Assembly (NCBI GenBank): GCA_017964465.1
Contig: JAGCRY010000100.1
Coordinates: forward strand, 1 to 51,530
Origin: Bacteroidales bacterium
Lineage (GTDB): Bacteria > Bacteroidota > Bacteroidia > Bacteroidales > UBA3824
Length of the DNA stretch: 51,530 nucleotides
Direction of reading: 5' to 3'
Position 1 is the first letter of the stretch; each line of letters opens with the position of its first letter. Shown in pieces: positions 28,847 to 37,928 of this stretch. A program made the translations under genes and the position numbers. The notes under the pieces were generated by a model, which saw nothing but the letters and a program-made list of their open reading frames with translations, had not been told where the DNA came from and did no database searches.

Positions 28847-30102
28847 AGCTTAAAAACTAATTGTGGGTCGATTGCGTTGCCTTTTTTGTCGGTAACGATG
28901 AACGACACCGGTTTATCGGTTTTGTTGTCGGCGACACCATCAATAGTGATTGTGTAAGAGCCGAGATTGAAGGAGCATGCCTGACTGTCGGTATGCAAAT
29001 TTTCAGCATCTACAGGCGGGACAATCACCGCACCATCATCAAGCCTGAGGTTTACGAGTTCATGCGAAACCACATATAACTTACCGTCAGCGTCACAAAT
29101 CTTTTGGTCGATGAAAAAACCTGCCACAACTTCATAACCGCCACTCACCGGCATGTCATAACGAGGGTCGGTTGGTGTGAGCATCCCGAAGTAGGCAATG
29201 TAGGCAGCAATAGCGACGGCGAGCACCGGTAAAGCCGCGTAGAATCTGATGCGTCTGATTTTCAGGCTATCAGTATTTAGCAACTGCGCTATCCTGTCCA
29301 CGAGCGGACTTTTACGGCGGGGACGCTTGGCGATGGATTCTTCACGGTTGTTTACGCCAAGACGAAGTACAAGCCGTGAATAATCTGTGAGGCTTCCATC
29401 CACAGCCTGCGAATCGGCGATGTTTTCACATACAATCCGCGAATAACGCGCTGCAAGCCTCGCCATAGGATTGAACCACTGAAACACGGAGAAGAACCCG
29501 AACAGCAACGTATCAATCGAATGAAGTCCCGCAACATGCTGTAATTCATGCTTTATCACAGTGTCCTTTTCTCCATCAGAAAGTCCACGCGACTTAACGC
29601 CGAGGAAGACTTTATGGAAAAAGGAGAACGCCACGGTATTGACATTTGTTTCATAGACTGTTGCTTGCCCTATGTCTGCCACTTTTTTTGACAAACGCGC
29701 CAGACGCAACGTCTTCAACAGCCCACGCACAAAACTCACTAACTTGACCGCAACGCCTGCTACATACACCGCAAACAATATCGCGATTAGATTTTCAAAG
29801 AACGTCGATTGAATGAATGAGTCCCAATAATTGTCCGAATATACAGGGCGGGCGATTGTTATGACATCATACCCGTCATACTGACCATCAATTTCTACGA
29901 TACGGTCAGCGGGCTTGGGGACGGGAGGCATGACATACTCGACTTTCATCAATGGCAATACATAACTCACCGCCATAGCAACTATCAAGTAGCCTCGCTC
30001 CCACTTGTTATAACTGATGCCATAATAGACATGTCTGTATATGGCAATCAAAACGGCGAACACCACCCCAGCCTCAATCGTATATGCGAGCAACGAGGAC
30101 AT
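28843..30102 (-). CDS. M56 family (BlaR1/MecR1-like) membrane metallopeptidase with an unassigned C-terminal extracytoplasmic domain
   Basis: Multiple N-terminal TM helices and the zinc motif HELQHVAGLH. There is a further TM (FYAALPVLAVAIAAYIAYF), then about 110 aa with no PBP-like or TonB-like motifs that I recognise. Confidence 0.8.
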   Translation of the reverse strand: MSSLLAYTIEAGVVFAVLIAIYRHVYYGISYNKWERGYLIVAMAVSYVLPLMKVEYVMPPVPKPADRIVEIDGQYDGYDVITIARPVYSDNYWDSFIQSTFFENLIAILFAVYVAGVAVKLVSFVRGLLKTLRLARLSKKVADIGQATVYETNVNTVAFSFFHKVFLGVKSRGLSDGEKDTVIKHELQHVAGLHSIDTLLFGFFSVFQWFNPMARLAARYSRIVCENIADSQAVDGSLTDYSRLVLRLGVNNREESIAKRPRRKSPLVDRIAQLLNTDSLKIRRIRFYAALPVLAVAIAAYIAYFGMLTPTDPRYDMPVSGGYEVVAGFFIDQKICDADGKLYVVSHELVNLRLDDGAVIVPPVDAENLHTDSQACSFNLGSYTITIDGVADNKTDKPVSFIVTDKKGNAIDPQLVFKL

Positions 30103-30465
30103 TTACTGACCTTTTTTGTCAATGATTTTTTTGATTTCTGTGATTTCCGAATCGCTTATCTGCTCCTCGTCAACCATGTACGAAACCATTGTCTCGTAAC
30201 TGCCGTCAAAGTAATTGCGCAACATCTGTCCAAAAGTGAACTTTTTGTACTGCAACTTTGAGATTTTCGGGAAATACTCGTAAGTCCTGCCGTAAGCCTT
30301 ATAGCCCACGAATCCTTTTTCCACCAAAATCCTGACGACGGAGCTGATGGTGTTATAAGGCGGCTTTGGCGGATCCATCTCCTCAATGACATCCTTGACG
30401 AAAGCCTTCTTGAGCTTCCAGAGAATCTGCATGACCTTTTCTTCTGCTTTTGTTAATGCTTCCAT
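30103..30465 (-). CDS. BlaI/MecI/CopY family winged-helix transcriptional repressor
   Basis: LTKAEEKVMQILW...VKDVIEEM...YNTISSVVRILVEKGFV is the typical Penicillinase_R fold sequence. It is 120 aa, with a TAAATG junction to the M56 gene. Confidence 0.85.
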   Translation of the reverse strand: MEALTKAEEKVMQILWKLKKAFVKDVIEEMDPPKPPYNTISSVVRILVEKGFVGYKAYGRTYEYFPKISKLQYKKFTFGQMLRNYFDGSYETMVSYMVDEEQISDSEITEIKKIIDKKGQ

Positions 30466-30494
30466 AATTAAAAGTTTAGTTTGTTAATTGACAC

Positions 30495-30561
30495 TGCAAT
30501 TTTATAACTTATTTTTCAGTTGTGCAAATATTTTTGCAATTTTATAACTTAATTTTCAGTT
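30495..30561. promoter_or_regulatory. Two 27-nt direct repeats (TGCAATTTTATAACTTAWTTTTCAGTT) with 40-nt periodicity, upstream of the BlaI-like gene: candidate operator/promoter duplication
   Basis: Copy 1 at 30495-30521 and copy 2 at 30535-30561 differ at one position. They lie 30-96 nt upstream of the repressor ATG. Confidence 0.5.
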
Positions 30562-30660
30562 TAAAACCAAAATTTTGCAACAGATTTTTAATTAACTACA
30601 TAACACTCAAAAAGTTACATAATACAATTTTTAATGTTAATTTTTGTAAAAAACTGCACA

Positions 30661-30705
30661 AAAAAATGTCCAAATCAAAAAAAATGATTTGGACACTCTT
30701 TTTTA
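30661..30705 (-). terminator. Rho-independent terminator of ilvD (usable on both strands)
   Basis: Stem GTCCAAATC (30668-30676) / GATTTGGAC (30686-30694), flanked by an A-run on one side and a T-run on the other. It lies 15-50 nt downstream of the ilvD stop. Confidence 0.6.
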
Positions 30706-30719
30706 TAGAAACTCAGGAA

Positions 30720-32540
30720 TTACAAAACCCTTACTGCGCCCTTGTCGGCACTTGCGGCATGAGCAGCGTAGAGCTGGAGAGCCTTGCTGACCACGCGGTC
30801 GCGCTTGGGTTTGTAGCCGTTGGGGTCGGCATCCATTGCGGCGCGGCGACGATTAAGTTCCTCATCGGAGATTTTGAGGTTGACGCTGCGGGCGAGAATG
30901 TCAAATTCAATGATGTCACCGTCCTCAATGAGTGCAAATGCACCATGAGAGGCAGCCTCGGGGCTTACATGACCAACCGACAGACCCGACGTACCACCTG
31001 AGAAACGACCGTCAGTGATGAGTGCGCACTTGTCGCCGAGGTGCTTGGATTTGAGGTAGGATGTCGGATAGAGCATTTCCTGCATGCCTGGTCCACCCTT
31101 TGGTCCCTCATACTTAATGACCACAACATCGCCAGCCTTAACCTTGTCACCAAGAATGGCTGTAACAGCCTGATCCTGCGAATCATAAACCTTAGCTGTG
31201 CCAGAGAATTTGAAAATCTTTTCATTCACGCCAGCAGTCTTAACAACGCAGCCGTCCTTGGCAATGTTACCAAAGAGCACTGCAATGCCGCCGTCCTTAG
31301 TATAGGCGTGCTCCATGTCACGGATACAACCATTGGCGCGGTCGGTGTCGAGAGTTTCCCAACGGGTGTCCTGCGATGCAACCTTGAGCAAACCAATTTT
31401 GCCGGATGCTGCCGAAGAGTAGATGCGCTGCGCTTCGGGATCGACTTGCGGTTTCAGGATTGAATATTTGTCAATTGCCTCACCGAGGGTCAAACCGTCA
31501 GTACGCTTGCAAGAGAGATCGAGGAGGTTTTTCTTGGCAAGTTCGCCAAGGATGTTGAGCACGCCGCCAGCACGGTTAACTTCCTCGATGTGGTAGTCAT
31601 GTGTGTTGGGCGCAACCTTACAGATGCACGAAACACGGCGACTGAGTTCGTCGATGTCTTTCATCTTGAAATCTACGCCAGCCTCCTGTGCAACCGCCAA
31701 AAGGTGAAGCACAGTGTTTGTGGAGCCACCCATTGCGATGTCGAGCGCCATGGAATTGACGAAAGCCGCTTTCGTTGCGATGCTCTTGGGAAGGAGTGAC
31801 GAATCGTTGTCACGGTAATATTGGTATGCCAACTCCACAATGCGCTTGCCTGCATCCTCAAAAAGTTTTCTACGGTTGACGTGAGTGGCGACGATTGTGC
31901 CGTTGCCAGGGAGTGAAAGTCCGAGGGCTTCTGTGAGGCAGTTCATTGAGTTTGCTGTGAACATGCCCGAACAACATCCACATGTAGGACATGCCAGTTT
32001 TTCAACCTTGGAAAGTTCCTCCTCCGAAACACTGTTGTCACCGCCCATAATCATTGCGTCGATGAGGTCAATTTTGCCATTATTGTAACGACCAGCCTCC
32101 ATTGCACCGCCAGAAACGAAGATTGTGGGGATGTTGAGCCTCATGGATGCCATGAGCATACCGGGAGTAATCTTGTCGCAGTTAGAAATGCAGACAAGAG
32201 CATCCGCCTTGTGAGCCTGACACATATACTCCACACTGTCAGCAATGATTTCACGGCTCGGAAGGGAGAACAACATTCCGTCATGTCCCATTGCGATGCC
32301 GTCGTCGATGGCTATAGTGTTGAACTCTGCTGCAAAACAGCCGAGTTTTTCAACAGTCTCCTTTACGATGCGGGCGCACTCATTAAGATGAACGTGTCCC
32401 GGCACAAACTCCGTGAACGAATTGGCGATGGCAATAATCGGCTTGCCAAAATGCTCTTCTTTCATTCCATTGGCACGCCAAAGTCCACGTGCCGCCGCCA
32501 TAAGGCGACCCGAAGTGTTTACTTTACTTTTAAGTTCCAT
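30720..32540 (-). CDS. ilvD: Dihydroxy-acid dehydratase
   Basis: Fe-S cluster Cys context [16 protein letters not shown], and [21 protein letters not shown] motifs. Confidence 0.95.
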   Translation of the reverse strand: MELKSKVNTSGRLMAAARGLWRANGMKEEHFGKPIIAIANSFTEFVPGHVHLNECARIVKETVEKLGCFAAEFNTIAIDDGIAMGHDGMLFSLPSREIIADSVEYMCQAHKADALVCISNCDKITPGMLMASMRLNIPTIFVSGGAMEAGRYNNGKIDLIDAMIMGGDNSVSEEELSKVEKLACPTCGCCSGMFTANSMNCLTEALGLSLPGNGTIVATHVNRRKLFEDAGKRIVELAYQYYRDNDSSLLPKSIATKAAFVNSMALDIAMGGSTNTVLHLLAVAQEAGVDFKMKDIDELSRRVSCICKVAPNTHDYHIEEVNRAGGVLNILGELAKKNLLDLSCKRTDGLTLGEAIDKYSILKPQVDPEAQRIYSSAASGKIGLLKVASQDTRWETLDTDRANGCIRDMEHAYTKDGGIAVLFGNIAKDGCVVKTAGVNEKIFKFSGTAKVYDSQDQAVTAILGDKVKAGDVVVIKYEGPKGGPGMQEMLYPTSYLKSKHLGDKCALITDGRFSGGTSGLSVGHVSPEAASHGAFALIEDGDIIEFDILARSVNLKISDEELNRRRAAMDADPNGYKPKRDRVVSKALQLYAAHAASADKGAVRVL

Positions 32541-32568
32541 TTATATGATTTGATTGTTTGATTATTAA

Positions 32569-34350
32569 CTATCGTATTGTAGCTTTCATGGTCAACGCCT
32601 GAACGCCTGTGCGGTGTTCAAACGACTTTACAAACTTGCGCTGTTCATAGATTTCGTCACCATAAATTGCACGAGCGGCCTCACCCGACAACTCCGAGAA
32701 AATCTTCATGAAGCCCGCGTCGTCTGCCTCAGGAAATTCCTTCACCTTGTAACCACCATCCATTTCTGCGAGTTGTGCGGCATACATGATGGCATCCTCA
32801 AGACCACCAAGTTGGTCAACAAGTCCGATTTTCAATGCCGAAGTACCAGTCCAAACTCGTCCTTGCGCTATTGAATCCACTTGTTCAACTGTCATCTTAC
32901 GTCCGTCTGCAACGTGTTGGAGGAACACATCATACACATTCTCCACACTACGCTGTAAAACTGCAAGTTCTGCGGCTGTTTTGGGTTCCATAGCGGAAAT
33001 GAAGGACGATTTTTCATGCGTATTGACAGTCTCAATATTGATACCGAGAGTGTTTTTGAGGAGTTTCTGCGGGCAGAGAATCAGGCCAAACACGCCAATG
33101 GAGCCTGTTATAGTATTAGGCTCTGCAAAGATTTGGTCGGCGCATGAAGCAATGTAATAACCGCCCGACGCTGCATAACCACCCATAGAAACCACAATAG
33201 GTTTGGATTCTTTCAGTTTGAGAAGTTCTTGATAAATAACCTCAGCCTCCACAGCCGAACCGCCAGGAGAATTGATGCGAACAACAACAGCCTTCACATC
33301 GTCATCATTGGCGACAGCCTTGACGTCTTTTACGAAATCCTTTGACGTGATGCACTGCTCGCCGTTATTTTCAGCGACAATCTCTCCTGCAGCATACAAA
33401 ACCGCAATTTTGTTGGTGTTGTCATCTTTTTCGGTGATGGATTTTGCATATTTGGAGATTACGACGTATTTTGGTTCGCCATCTTCATTTTCAGAGCCCA
33501 TGCCATAGACCACTTTATCGTCAAAATCACTCTCCAAAATTACACCGTCAATGAACCTGTTTTCAATACAAGCCTTGTCATTGCTGTAACAGTCGAGCGA
33601 ATTGGCAAGCTGGTCGATTGTGGCGCGATCAATGCCCCTACTTTCACTGATAGCATTAGCGACAACCTCCCAAATATCTGTGAGATAAGTGGTTATCTGG
33701 AGTTTGTTGGCATCAGACATTTTATCCTGCAAGTAAGGCTCAACCGCCGCCTTAAACTTGCCGTGCCTGATAACCTGCGCATCAATGCCAAACTTGTCGA
33801 GCGCACCTTTATAATATAAGGACTGCGAACAAAGACCGTTGAGCATGAAATCGCCCATCACACGCATATAAATGCTGTCACATGCCGTGGCAACATAATA
33901 GTCGAGATTGTTGAACGAATTGGAAAACGCATATACAGGCTTGTGGGAAAGTTTTTTAAACTCAACAATCAACTCCCTGAGTGCGTCGGCAGTGGCAATG
34001 TCCTCAATATTGTAGTCGGAACAATTGAGGTAAATGCCTACAATCTTGTTATCATCGACAGCATTGTTTACGCAACGGCTGATTTCATTGAGACCGAGCC
34101 TTTGCATTTTGTCGAATGAAAAGGAATTGTAGATACTGCCAATATCGGTGTAGGAGCGGTCGGAAATGGCATCAGCGAGATTTATGCGCAAGACAGAATT
34201 GTCTTCCACTGCGACAGTGTTATTGCTGTCTGACTTACCAATGCTTGCAATCATCATTGCAAACATGAAAAACATAAAGAATCCCTGAATGATTCCCCAT
34301 AGGAAAAGTCCGGTCAGCACCGCACCAGTCATCTTCAAAAAATCTTTCAT
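32569..34350 (-). CDS. sppA: Signal peptide peptidase SppA, 67K type
   Basis: Two ClpP/crotonase-like halves. The second has INSPGGSA and GYAASGGYYIA (catalytic Ser context). There is an N-terminal TM anchor. Confidence 0.9.
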   Translation of the reverse strand: MKDFLKMTGAVLTGLFLWGIIQGFFMFFMFAMMIASIGKSDSNNTVAVEDNSVLRINLADAISDRSYTDIGSIYNSFSFDKMQRLGLNEISRCVNNAVDDNKIVGIYLNCSDYNIEDIATADALRELIVEFKKLSHKPVYAFSNSFNNLDYYVATACDSIYMRVMGDFMLNGLCSQSLYYKGALDKFGIDAQVIRHGKFKAAVEPYLQDKMSDANKLQITTYLTDIWEVVANAISESRGIDRATIDQLANSLDCYSNDKACIENRFIDGVILESDFDDKVVYGMGSENEDGEPKYVVISKYAKSITEKDDNTNKIAVLYAAGEIVAENNGEQCITSKDFVKDVKAVANDDDVKAVVVRINSPGGSAVEAEVIYQELLKLKESKPIVVSMGGYAASGGYYIASCADQIFAEPNTITGSIGVFGLILCPQKLLKNTLGINIETVNTHEKSSFISAMEPKTAAELAVLQRSVENVYDVFLQHVADGRKMTVEQVDSIAQGRVWTGTSALKIGLVDQLGGLEDAIMYAAQLAEMDGGYKVKEFPEADDAGFMKIFSELSGEAARAIYGDEIYEQRKFVKSFEHRTGVQALTMKATIR

Positions 34351-34385
34351 AATAAATTACGTGTTACAGGTTATTAATAGAGCTT

Positions 34386-35615
34386 TCATTTCTTAAACAT
34401 TGTTGTGTCCAAAGACCTCTTTATCGGCTTTCCGACAAGTTCCAGCAACTTTTCATCAAGTTTTTCAGCGGAAAGATTGACGGCCTTGACAGTCATATCG
34501 GGAGCGATAAGGAAACTGGACGGCAACGACCGAACACCATACAACTCAGCCGCAGAAGACCGCCAAAGTTTCAAATCGGAAACCGAAACCCATGGAATTT
34601 TCTGCGCCTTCACAGCATTTTTCCATGCATCGGCATTTTCTTCTAATGCGACCTGATAAACCGTGAAATTGTTGTTACGGAACTTCCAGTACAACTTGTT
34701 GAGGTTTTCATTATTAATTTTCGACACATCCGACCACGATGCCCAAAAGTCGAGCAAAACATACTTGCCTTTAAAAGATGACAACTTGACTGAATCACCT
34801 TTTATATTAGGCAACGTGATGTCGGGCGCAGTCTGACCGACTGCAATCTGCTGCCCCGACGTGGGATTATCCTGCGAAATGCGAAGTTTATCGACATAAG
34901 TCACAAGTTTTCGAGCCTGAATGTTGTCGGGATAACGCGCCGAAAGTCTTTCCGACACCTTATTATAAATGTCATAATCCTTCGACGGATCAAACACCGG
35001 CAATTTCGGGGCAATATATTGCGACAAGCAAACAATTTGCGCAAGCGAAGTCGGATTGTCCCTCAGGAAATTTTCAGAAAAATTTCTCTGTTCCTTGCAA
35101 GTCAGGGAATAGACCGAATCGAGCACAGACTTTATGCCCGCGAGGTTTGGCGCATCAATATTGGCACGGAAAATACGTCCGAGCGAATCCAATACAAATC
35201 TTGTATCGCGGATTTTATGAATCAGACGACATACGCCCTCACTTTCAGGAGAACCTTCAACCTCATAAGAGTCCGGGAAATCGTCAACATGACCCTTTAC
35301 AGTCAAAACCTGAGAAGTGTCAGGGATGAGCGTAATCTGCCTGCTATTGTCGGAGGCAAAATGTAGAATGTAAAAATCAGGGCCTGAAATGCCGCCCTCG
35401 AGCATGAAGCGTCCGTCATCACCCACTTTTGCGGAGTCGATGAACTCATAACCATTGTCTTTGACGAGTTTGATATAAGCGGTGTCGCCCGCCATGCCTT
35501 CAAACTCACCCAATACCTCAAACTTGGTGTGCGTAGAAGTCTCGGTCTTCGGCATACAGCCAACCATCACCGCACACACCATCACAGGCGCAAGATGTCT
35601 AATGTTTATTCTCAT
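34386..35615 (-). CDS. TlpA/ResA-like thioredoxin-fold lipoprotein lacking the CxxC active site
   Basis: Lipobox MVGC. The N-terminal domain resembles DUF4369-type beta domains. The C-terminal sequence GKYVLLDFWASWSDVS...LYGVRSLPSSFLIAPD is a clear TlpA-family context but has SDVS where CxxC is expected. Confidence 0.8.
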   Translation of the reverse strand: MRINIRHLAPVMVCAVMVGCMPKTETSTHTKFEVLGEFEGMAGDTAYIKLVKDNGYEFIDSAKVGDDGRFMLEGGISGPDFYILHFASDNSRQITLIPDTSQVLTVKGHVDDFPDSYEVEGSPESEGVCRLIHKIRDTRFVLDSLGRIFRANIDAPNLAGIKSVLDSVYSLTCKEQRNFSENFLRDNPTSLAQIVCLSQYIAPKLPVFDPSKDYDIYNKVSERLSARYPDNIQARKLVTYVDKLRISQDNPTSGQQIAVGQTAPDITLPNIKGDSVKLSSFKGKYVLLDFWASWSDVSKINNENLNKLYWKFRNNNFTVYQVALEENADAWKNAVKAQKIPWVSVSDLKLWRSSAAELYGVRSLPSSFLIAPDMTVKAVNLSAEKLDEKLLELVGKPIKRSLDTTMFKK

Positions 35616-35637
35616 TTGTATTAATGTTTTCCAACTG

Positions 35638-35645
35638 CAAATTTA
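35638..35645 (-). promoter_or_regulatory. -7 box TAAATTTG upstream of the TlpA-like gene
   Basis: The minus-strand TAAATTTG lies about 23 nt upstream of the ATG, which implies a short leader. Confidence 0.35.
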
Positions 35646-35791
35646 AACAAGTAATCGAACTTGCAGAAAGAAAATCACAAAAAATATTAACTACACCCCC
35701 AAAAAAATTTATTTGTGTCAAAAAATTCCCAAATTATTATTAATTTTGACGCGGAAAATTAAAAAACAAAAACACACAACCAAAAAACATA

Positions 35792-36310
35792 ATGGAAATA
35801 CTTGAAATCCTGAAATACGTTCTGCCTTCATTGGTAGTATTAGGGTGCAGTTACTTGATGCTCAGAGAGTTTAACAGACGCGACGAAAACAAGGCAAAAA
35901 TGGAACTGCTAATCGGCAACTCAAAGACTATACTGCCTGTCAGGCTTGCAGCTTACGAGAGGTTAGTCTTGTTCCTGGAAAGAATAGAGCCTCAGAGCAT
36001 CGTCATCCGTATCGCTGAAAATGGAATGACCGCCATCGAACTCCAACGCGACCTCCTGGCAACAATCCGTGTGGAATTTGAACACAACTATTCTCAACAG
36101 TTGTACGTCAGCGACAATGCATGGAAAGCGGTCGTCGATACAAAAGAAGTCATTGTCCAACTCATCAACCAAACCGCACAGAGCATACCTGTGGATGCAA
36201 AAGCACTCGACCTCGGCAAAAAAATCATCGACAACTATGCAACTCTCCAAAACCCGCCTATCAGCATGGCAATTTCGGTGCTGAAAACAGAATTGGAGAC
36301 AGTGTGCTGA
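35792..36310 (+). CDS. Hypothetical membrane-anchored protein
   Basis: N-terminal TM (ILKYVLPSLVVLGCSYLML) followed by a helical soluble domain. No motif is recognised. Coding is supported by length, position and the lack of competing frames. Confidence 0.5.
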   Translation: MEILEILKYVLPSLVVLGCSYLMLREFNRRDENKAKMELLIGNSKTILPVRLAAYERLVLFLERIEPQSIVIRIAENGMTAIELQRDLLATIRVEFEHNYSQQLYVSDNAWKAVVDTKEVIVQLINQTAQSIPVDAKALDLGKKIIDNYATLQNPPISMAISVLKTELETVC

Positions 36311-36361
36311 GAGAGAAAAGATTAAAGAATTAATAAGAGTAAAAACAATAAAAGAATCATA

Positions 36362-37096
36362 ATGAAAAAAATTATAATAATCATCGCGGCGATATTGGCA
36401 CTGAGCGACTTTGCCACAGCCCAAAAATATTACAACAAGGTTAAGCTCACTACGACAGAGGATTCTGTAAGCTACAGCATCGGATTCCTGATGGCGAAAA
36501 ATTTCGTTGACCAGGGATGGGATTTCATAAAGACCGACGCTCTCGCAAAGGCTTTCAGCGACGTATTAAACAACAAGACGCTTGCCATTGAAGAAGACAA
36601 GTTGAAAGACATACTCAACACCTACATGGAAAAGGTGGAGAACGAACAGAGCGAAAAGGCAAAGAAAGCCGAAAACGATTTTCTCGCCGAAAACGCCAAA
36701 GACCCCGACGTGAAAACCACAGAATCGGGACTTCAATACCGCATTGTGAAAGAAGGCAACGGTAAAAAACCAGCCGACACAAGCGGAGTAAGAGTTCATT
36801 ATGAAGGCAAGCTCATCGACGGAACAATATTCGACAGCTCGTTCGACAACGAAGAGCCCGTAGAATTCAATGTTGACGGGCTCATCCCAGGCATGACAGA
36901 AGCACTGAAACTCATGTCTGAGGGTTCTGAATACATCATCTACATACCGTCCGACCTCGGATACGGCTCATATTCGCCCGCCGAAATCATTCCTGCATAC
37001 TCGACACTCATTTTCGACCTCGAACTCATACAAGTCATCGACCGCATAAAGGACGATGACGACATCGACCTCGACTTCGACTTTGAAGACGAATAA
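36362..37096 (+). CDS. FKBP-type peptidyl-prolyl cis-trans isomerase (FkpA-like, secreted) with acidic C-terminal tail
   Basis: Signal peptide, an FKBP_N-like helical domain, and an FKBP core VRVHYEGKLIDGTIFDSS...IPGMTEAL...IPSDLGYG. The tail is DDDDIDLDFDFEDE. Confidence 0.85.
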   Translation: MKKIIIIIAAILALSDFATAQKYYNKVKLTTTEDSVSYSIGFLMAKNFVDQGWDFIKTDALAKAFSDVLNNKTLAIEEDKLKDILNTYMEKVENEQSEKAKKAENDFLAENAKDPDVKTTESGLQYRIVKEGNGKKPADTSGVRVHYEGKLIDGTIFDSSFDNEEPVEFNVDGLIPGMTEALKLMSEGSEYIIYIPSDLGYGSYSPAEIIPAYSTLIFDLELIQVIDRIKDDDDIDLDFDFEDE

Positions 37097-37132
37097 ACCA
37101 ACCACGATTCTATTTACACACAATAAAACAAA

Positions 37133-37900
37133 ATGAAAAATCTAAAAAAGTTTCTGACTGTATCAGCACTTGCCACAGCAACATTGTTGTCAGCTTGTGC
37201 AGGCGGCGGCGCACAAAACACCCCCGCAAAACTAAACACCAAGGTTGATTCCATGAGCTACGCAATGGGCGTGTTATTGGGAATGGACATGCGTGAATCC
37301 ATACAACAAAGGTTTGAACCTGCCATGGAGGGTTTCAATTATGACAACTTCCTCAATGCATTCTACACCGTACTCAAAGACTCCGCAAGCCTCAAGATGG
37401 ACCCCAAAAGCGCAAACGATTACTTCAACAATGCAATGCAAGTAATCCAAGCTAAACAACAGGCCATCGAGCAAGCCAAGAGGGACAGCATCGCCGCCGT
37501 CAATCTCGAAGCCGGAAAAAAATTCCTCGAAGAAAACGCCAAGAAAGATGGCGTAAAGACACTTCCCAGCGGCATCCAATACATCGTTCTCGAAGAGGGC
37601 AAGGGCGCAAAACCCACCATCGACGACCAGGTTGAATGTGACTACGAAGGCTCGCTCATCGACGGCACAGTGTTCGACAGCTCCATCAAACGTGGAGAAC
37701 CCGCCACATTCCCGCTCAAAAACGTAATCAAAGGCTGGCAGGAAGCAATACCGATGATGCCATTGGGCAGCAAATGGAAAATCTTCATCCCCGCCGAACT
37801 GGGCTACGGTGAACAGGGCAGCTACACAATCCCGGGCAACAGCGTCCTCATCTTCGACGTCAAGCTCCTCCAGATTATCAAACCTGAAAAAAAGAAATAA
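37133..37900 (+). CDS. FKBP-type peptidyl-prolyl cis-trans isomerase lipoprotein (tandem paralog)
   Basis: Lipobox LLSAC. FKBP core VECDYEGSLIDGTVFDSS...IKGWQEAI...IPAELGYGEQG. Confidence 0.85.
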   Translation: MKNLKKFLTVSALATATLLSACAGGGAQNTPAKLNTKVDSMSYAMGVLLGMDMRESIQQRFEPAMEGFNYDNFLNAFYTVLKDSASLKMDPKSANDYFNNAMQVIQAKQQAIEQAKRDSIAAVNLEAGKKFLEENAKKDGVKTLPSGIQYIVLEEGKGAKPTIDDQVECDYEGSLIDGTVFDSSIKRGEPATFPLKNVIKGWQEAIPMMPLGSKWKIFIPAELGYGEQGSYTIPGNSVLIFDVKLLQIIKPEKKK

Positions 37901-37928
37901 CACAGTATAAACTCTAAACTACACGAAA

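Noticed and set aside
30495-30561. A possible CRISPR array
   Set aside because: There are only two repeat copies with a 13-nt spacer, and no cas genes anywhere in the window. A regulatory direct repeat is the better explanation.
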